From positions 140,113-180,112 of the forward strand of contig NZ_JACFTB010000006.1 in the NCBI RefSeq assembly GCF_014281965.1: a DNA stretch of 40,000 nt, written 5' to 3'. The translations under genes and the position numbers were made by a program. Source of the stretch: Rhodococcus sp. BP22 (GTDB taxonomy: Bacteria; Actinomycetota; Actinomycetes; Mycobacteriales; Mycobacteriaceae). Position 1 is the first letter of the stretch; each line of letters begins with the position of its first letter. The notes beneath the pieces are model-generated. The model was not told the DNA's origin. It worked only from the letters and a program-made list of their open reading frames with translations, and did no database searches. Positions 34,981 to 40,000 of the stretch are shown piece after piece.

Positions 34981-35898
34981 TTACGCCCGCAGACCCCAGT
35001 TTTCGATCCACTCGATCGCGGAGAGCTGCCCGGGGACAGCCCCTCGATCCTTGGCCGATACCTCGGCACAACGGATGCGCTCGGCGAACTCCAACACCCG
35101 ACCGCGGAGCAGATCTTCCGCGCTCTCGCCCCCACTGCTGTGATCGAGGCCGATGTGCACTGTTCGCAGGTCGTCGGGCACCAGCTCGTCCGGCAGACCC
35201 GCTTTGGATGCGCGCGCAATGATCTTCTGCGTCAATGCAAGTGCGGGCTGAGCCATCGCGATGCCGTCGAGACATGACCCGCGCGCCTTCTCCGCCGCCT
35301 TGCGTTCCTCCCACGCCCGTTCCTGAGCCGCAACGTCGATGGGTCCCGTCGAGCCGTCGGTCAGGTGGGGTGTGCGGTGTGTCAGCTTCGCAACCAGACC
35401 GGCAGCGACATCGTCGACGTCGAAGCCTCCGTGCTCTGCATCCTGAGCGATCCTCGAATGAAACAAGACCTGCAGCAGGAGATCGCCCAGTTCTTCCTTC
35501 AGATCGACGAGGTTCCCACTGTAAATGGCGTCGAGCAACTCGTAGGTTTCCTCGAGGAGATAGCCGCTCAGCGAGGCATGCGTCTGTTGGGCTTCCCAAC
35601 CCCCGATCGTTCGGAGTCGATCCATCAGTACGACAGCTGCGATGAGATCGTCACCGGGTAGTTTCGGGGAGGCGATGACTCGGTCACCGCGCCGGATACG
35701 TTCGAGGACATCATCATTGCGTGGGTCGGTACTGACGAGCACACCGCCGGAGTCGTCGGTACGTGCAGTTCCGGCGAACAGCCACCGGATGCCGACGGGC
35801 ACTTCCTCCGTGAATTCGACGACCCCGGCGAGGAATTCGACGGCTTCTGCGGGAACTTGACTGGGCCGGGTCGGGTCGAGCAGAACTACAGTCATCAC
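34981..35898 (-). CDS. mazG: Nucleoside triphosphate pyrophosphohydrolase MazG
   Basis: [13 protein letters not shown] and [17 protein letters not shown] are MazG EExxE/D helices. An ATGA-type overlap joins it to the mfd stop. Synteny matches Rv1021. Confidence 0.85.
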   Translation of the reverse strand: MMTVVLLDPTRPSQVPAEAVEFLAGVVEFTEEVPVGIRWLFAGTARTDDSGGVLVSTDPRNDDVLERIRRGDRVIASPKLPGDDLIAAVVLMDRLRTIGGWEAQQTHASLSGYLLEETYELLDAIYSGNLVDLKEELGDLLLQVLFHSRIAQDAEHGGFDVDDVAAGLVAKLTHRTPHLTDGSTGPIDVAAQERAWEERKAAEKARGSCLDGIAMAQPALALTQKIIARASKAGLPDELVPDDLRTVHIGLDHSSGGESAEDLLRGRVLEFAERIRCAEVSAKDRGAVPGQLSAIEWIENWGLRA

Positions 35899-38800
35899 AC
35901 GCCCACTGTGTGCTCCAACAGAACCGATCGAGACGGCTTACTGTCGAGCGAAAGGATCAGGTCGGCAATGAACTGCACCAATTCAACGTCACGAACCCTG
36001 GCAGCTCCGACTCCCCCACCTTCGACGCGCGGTATCGGCAGCTGTACGACGCCGGTGCTCGCGCGGTACTGCGCGTTCGGGTAAAGACGCTTGAGCCGAA
36101 TCTGCTTGGAATCGGGCAGATCCATCGGCGCCAACTTGACTTGTGTGCCAGCAACATTGACGTCGGTGAGGTTGTATTCCTTCGCAATGAGCCGCAGCTT
36201 CGCGACGGAGACGAGCCTGCCGACTTCCTCGGGCAGCGGGCCGTAGCGGTCCACCAACTCCTCGATGACGGCGTTGATGGCTTCGGAATCCGCAGCAGCG
36301 GCCAACTTTCGATATGCCTCGAGGCGAAGCCGATCACTGGTGACGTAGTCCGGCGGAATGTTGGCGTCGACGGGCAGGTCGATCCGAACTTCCTTGGGGG
36401 CCTCGTCGGTGGTGATGGGCTTCCCGTCAGCGGCTGCCCGGTAGGCCTCGACAGCTTCACCGACCAATCTGACGTACAGGTCGAAACCGACACCTGCCAC
36501 GTGGCCGGACTGTTCGGCGCCGAGAACGTTACCGGCACCACGAATTTCGAGGTCCTTCATCGCCACCGCCATACCGGCACCCAAATCGGAGTTCTGCGAG
36601 ATGGTGGACAGACGGTCGTACGCCGTCTCGGTGAGCGGCTTCTCGGGCGGATACAGGAAGTACGCGTAACCACGTTCGCGACTACGTCCGACGCGACCAC
36701 GTAGCTGGTGCAACTGCGAAAGCCCCAGCGAGTCACTGCGTTCGACGATCAGGGTGTTCGCATTCGAGATGTCGAGACCGGTTTCGATGATGGTGGTGCA
36801 GACGAGCACGTCGGTCTCGCGTTCCCAGAACCCCTGCACGGTTCGCTCGAGCGTCTCCTCGTTCATCTGGCCGTGCGCCGTGGACACCCGAGCTTCCGGT
36901 ACGAGATCACGAATCTTTTTGGCTGCCTTGTCGATCGAGCTGACTCGGTTGTGCACGAAGAAGACCTGACCGTCACGGAGCAGTTCGCGTCTGATCGCCG
37001 CAGCGACCTGCTTGTCGTTGTAGGCGCCCACATAGGTGAGTACCGGGTGACGCTCTTCCGGCGGAGTCAGAATCGTCGACATCTCGCGAATGCCGGCCAG
37101 GCTCATCTCCAGCGTACGAGGAATCGGTGTCGCCGACATGGTCAGGACGTCCACGTGCGTACGCAGGGACTTGATGTGCTCTTTGTGTTCGACGCCGAAT
37201 CGCTGTTCCTCGTCGACGATGACCAGCCCAAGATCTTTCCACGCCACACCGGTCTGCAGCAACCTGTGAGTACCGACGACGATATCGACCGTCCCGTCGG
37301 CGAGCCCGGCCATGACCTGCTTCGAGTCCGAACCGTGGGTGAAGCGCGAGAGCCCTTTGACCGTCACCGGAAAGGCCGCCATGCGCTCGGTGAAGGTCTG
37401 CAGATGTTGTTGTGCCAGAAGGGTGGTCGGCACGAGGATGGCAACCTGCTTACCGTCTTGAACGGCTTTGAAGGCGGCACGAACGGCGATCTCGGTCTTG
37501 CCGTAGCCGACGTCGCCGAGGATGACACGGTCCATCGGGACCGGCTTCTCCATATCGGCCTTGACGTCGGTGATGGCCGTCATCTGGTCCATCGTCTCGG
37601 TGAACGCGAAGGCGTCCTCCATTTCACGCTGCCATGGAGTATCCGGGCCGAAGGCGTGGCCCGGCGCCGCCTGACGAGCGGCATACAGCTGCACGAGCTC
37701 TCCGGCGATCTCTCGAACAGCCTTGCGCGCCTTGCGTTTCGTGTTCGACCAGTCCGAACCACCGAGCTTGCTCAGCGACGGCATTTCCCCGCCGACATAG
37801 CGGGAGAGCTGATCCAGAGAATCCATCGGCACGAACAATCGATCCCCCGGGTGCCCCCTCTTGCTGGGTGCATACTCCACGACGAGGTATTCGCGGCGAG
37901 CTCCACCGATGGTCCGCTCGACCATTTCGACGAACCGGCCGATACCGTGCTGATCGTGCACGACACTGTCACCGGCCTTCAATGCCAGCGGATCGACCTG
38001 ATTTCGCCTCTTGGCCGGTAGCTTTCGGCCCTCGGCGGCGGCAACGCGGTTACCCGTCAGGTCGCTTTCGGTGACGATCACGAGCTTCGCGTCGGGCAGG
38101 ATCAGTCCGGCATGGAGAGAGGCACACAGAACGCTCACCACGTCGGGCAATGGCTCGGAACCTGAATCGATTGCGACAGCGGGCACTTCGGCCTCGCCGA
38201 GACGCTCGATGATGCGCGTTGCGGTTCCCGCGCCCGCGACGGCGATGACAGCGCGGCCGCCGGTGGACACGTGCGCGCGAAGCATGGCAAAGAGTCCGGT
38301 GAGCAACTCCTCCGAACCACGGACCTCGGGGACGGTCTCGACAGCCAACTCGACCTCGGTCTCGCTGCCCGAAGCCAGTGGACTGATGGTCCACCACGGC
38401 CGCCCGAGCGCCTGCGCGGATTCGCGGATCTGGCGTAGCGAACGATAGGCGGACGCTCCGAGGTCGAGACTCGTCCCGCCCAGGCTGCTGGTGTCCACGG
38501 TCGAGGTGTCGAGCGGTGCCGCTCCACCCACGGACGCCGCCGTCCATGACGCTTCGAGGAACTCCTGACCGGTACGAACCAAATCTGTTGCACGCGTGCG
38601 GATTCGCTCTGGATCGCACAGCAGGACGTGTGCACCCTTCGGCAGTACATCGGCCAGTAGCTCGAGCTCGCCGGGTTGAAGCAGCGGAAGCAACGCTTCC
38701 ATGCCATCCACCGGCACCCCGGCAGACATCTTGTCCAACATCTCCACCAGTGCCGCATCAGCCTGATTGTCACCGGCGAGCACCGCCGCACGATCACGAA

Positions 38801-39533
38801 CATCCTGAGTGAGTATCAGTTCACGACACGGAGGTGCGATGACCGACTCGATGACGACGTCGGGCAGGGAACGCTGATCGGCAACGGAGAAAGCGCGGAG
38901 TTCGGTTACCTCGTCACCCCAGAACTCGACACGTACCGGATGATCGGCCGTCGGGGAGAAGATATCGAGGATGCCGCCACGGACGGCGAATTCGCCGCGT
39001 TTGCCGACCATGTCGACGCGCGTGTATGCCAACTCGACAAGTCGGTGGATCAGGCCGTCGAAGTCGATCTCGACGCCCACCTTCAATCCGATCGGCTCGA
39101 TCTCGCCGAGCCCCGGGGCCATCGGCTGAACGAGTGACCGCACCGTGGTGACGATCACCTGGAGAGGTGGGCCATAGTCCGGGTCGTCCGGCCGCGCGAG
39201 GCGACGCAACACTTCGAGTCTGCGGCCGACGGTGTCCGCGCTGGGCGAGAGCCGCTCGTGCGGCAAGGTCTCCCACGACGGAAACTGCGCCACCGAGGCG
39301 CCGAACATTTGGCCGAGTTCAGCGGTGAGATCGTCCGCTTCACGTCCCGTCGCGGTGACGACGAGCACCTGCGTCTGCTGCGCTATCGCGGCAGCGACGA
39401 ACGGGCGCGAAGAATTGGGGGCGACGAGCGTGTACTCCGCAGTCCCGACGGCCTCGCTCACGGTCATCAAAGCGGAATCTGCCAGCGCGACGCGCGCGAC
39501 GCCCGACAGGTGAAGCGAAGAATCGGAAGACAA
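35895..39533 (-). CDS. mfd: Transcription-repair coupling factor Mfd
   Basis: 1212 aa with superfamily-2 helicase motifs [16 protein letters not shown] and [11 protein letters not shown], a CarD-like [14 protein letters not shown] segment, and a TRG region. Confidence 0.97.
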   Translation of the reverse strand: MSSDSSLHLSGVARVALADSALMTVSEAVGTAEYTLVAPNSSRPFVAAAIAQQTQVLVVTATGREADDLTAELGQMFGASVAQFPSWETLPHERLSPSADTVGRRLEVLRRLARPDDPDYGPPLQVIVTTVRSLVQPMAPGLGEIEPIGLKVGVEIDFDGLIHRLVELAYTRVDMVGKRGEFAVRGGILDIFSPTADHPVRVEFWGDEVTELRAFSVADQRSLPDVVIESVIAPPCRELILTQDVRDRAAVLAGDNQADAALVEMLDKMSAGVPVDGMEALLPLLQPGELELLADVLPKGAHVLLCDPERIRTRATDLVRTGQEFLEASWTAASVGGAAPLDTSTVDTSSLGGTSLDLGASAYRSLRQIRESAQALGRPWWTISPLASGSETEVELAVETVPEVRGSEELLTGLFAMLRAHVSTGGRAVIAVAGAGTATRIIERLGEAEVPAVAIDSGSEPLPDVVSVLCASLHAGLILPDAKLVIVTESDLTGNRVAAAEGRKLPAKRRNQVDPLALKAGDSVVHDQHGIGRFVEMVERTIGGARREYLVVEYAPSKRGHPGDRLFVPMDSLDQLSRYVGGEMPSLSKLGGSDWSNTKRKARKAVREIAGELVQLYAARQAAPGHAFGPDTPWQREMEDAFAFTETMDQMTAITDVKADMEKPVPMDRVILGDVGYGKTEIAVRAAFKAVQDGKQVAILVPTTLLAQQHLQTFTERMAAFPVTVKGLSRFTHGSDSKQVMAGLADGTVDIVVGTHRLLQTGVAWKDLGLVIVDEEQRFGVEHKEHIKSLRTHVDVLTMSATPIPRTLEMSLAGIREMSTILTPPEERHPVLTYVGAYNDKQVAAAIRRELLRDGQVFFVHNRVSSIDKAAKKIRDLVPEARVSTAHGQMNEETLERTVQGFWERETDVLVCTTIIETGLDISNANTLIVERSDSLGLSQLHQLRGRVGRSRERGYAYFLYPPEKPLTETAYDRLSTISQNSDLGAGMAVAMKDLEIRGAGNVLGAEQSGHVAGVGFDLYVRLVGEAVEAYRAAADGKPITTDEAPKEVRIDLPVDANIPPDYVTSDRLRLEAYRKLAAAADSEAINAVIEELVDRYGPLPEEVGRLVSVAKLRLIAKEYNLTDVNVAGTQVKLAPMDLPDSKQIRLKRLYPNAQYRASTGVVQLPIPRVEGGGVGAARVRDVELVQFIADLILSLDSKPSRSVLLEHTVGV

Positions 39534-39686
39534 CAGCAGGGCTCCTGAACGAAAGACGACACGAAGGCAGACCGGTTCGAAAGTGCACCAAGATCATGGC
39601 GAAACAAGCGAACCGGCGGTCGCGACCAATTCTATGGGAGCAGACCGACCCGGCGACGGCTGGGCAGGCCCACGGAGCCGTCGGAG

Positions 39687-40000
39687 CTAGTGCCGGATGA
39701 CCCGTCGTGCTGCAAATTCGCGGAAGTAGTCGAGCTTGCCTGCCGTGACGAGCGAGGGAAGCAGGTAGTACCAGAGACGCTCCATGCGCGAGGGCAACTC
39801 ATCGGTGGTCGCGGTAGCGACGGCAACCATGTGCACGCCGGTAAGGATCTCGAGAACGAGAGATCCGATGGTGTGTGGGTCCGCATCCGGATCGATATCG
39901 CCCTGCTTGATCGCCTTGGCTGCAAGTGCATCGAACGCGACGCTCCAGCCGGCCATGACATTGCCCTGTGTACCTCTGTAGTCACCGATCTGGTGGCTCA
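39687..40000 (-). CDS. Probable TetR-family regulator, C-terminal ligand-binding part only (5' end outside window)
   Basis: The frame stays open to the window edge and the sequence is all-helical (HTIGSLVLEILTGVHMVAV...RLWYYLLPSLV). The position upstream of mfd corresponds to Rv1019 (TetR). No HTH is visible in the window. Confidence 0.45.
   Translation of the reverse strand, partial: SHQIGDYRGTQGNVMAGWSVAFDALAAKAIKQGDIDPDADPHTIGSLVLEILTGVHMVAVATATTDELPSRMERLWYYLLPSLVTAGKLDYFREFAARRVIRH

Overview
The window is a high-GC actinobacterial chromosome. The right-hand gene order (TetR-like, mfd, mazG, lpqU-like transglycosylase, eno, ftsB, DUF501, ppx) matches the M. tuberculosis Rv1019-Rv1026 neighbourhood, with an efeUOB iron-uptake operon inserted into it. 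Composition looks Rhodococcus/Nocardia-like, but that is inference only. The left flank (1-6404) is a tightly coupled catabolic operon: GntR regulator, family III CoA-transferase, hydantoinase/oxoprolinase A and B, and an isochorismatase-like amidase.

Between the two flanks lies a ~20.3 kb horizontally acquired island (6575-26901). It is integrated in the 3' half of a tRNA gene and is bounded by a perfect 38-bp direct repeat. The island is a mosaic containing:
- a multiply broken phage tail-fibre gene and a terminase-small-subunit-like ORF in AT-rich DNA;
- a lone GIY-YIG-like nuclease;
- a complete IS3-family element with no visible target duplication;
- an intact tyrosine recombinase followed by ~590 bp of structured non-coding DNA;
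- a convergent pair of unknown genes;
- a co-directional six-ORF cassette (15785-20231);
- a McrBC type IV restriction module with a long non-canonical N-terminal domain;
- an ADP-ribosyltransferase-like protein with a basic AT-hook-like tail;
- the N-terminally truncated remnant of the integrase next to the tRNA.

The best candidate for an undescribed system is the 15785-20231 cassette, which sits immediately upstream of McrBC. It encodes a mini CHAT/caspase-like protein, a small TM peptide, a 2-TM helical protein, a 71-aa protein, a PH-like/TM/DUF732-like protein and a PD-(D/E)XK nuclease.

All domain calls come from motifs read by eye in the supplied translations. No database search was run.
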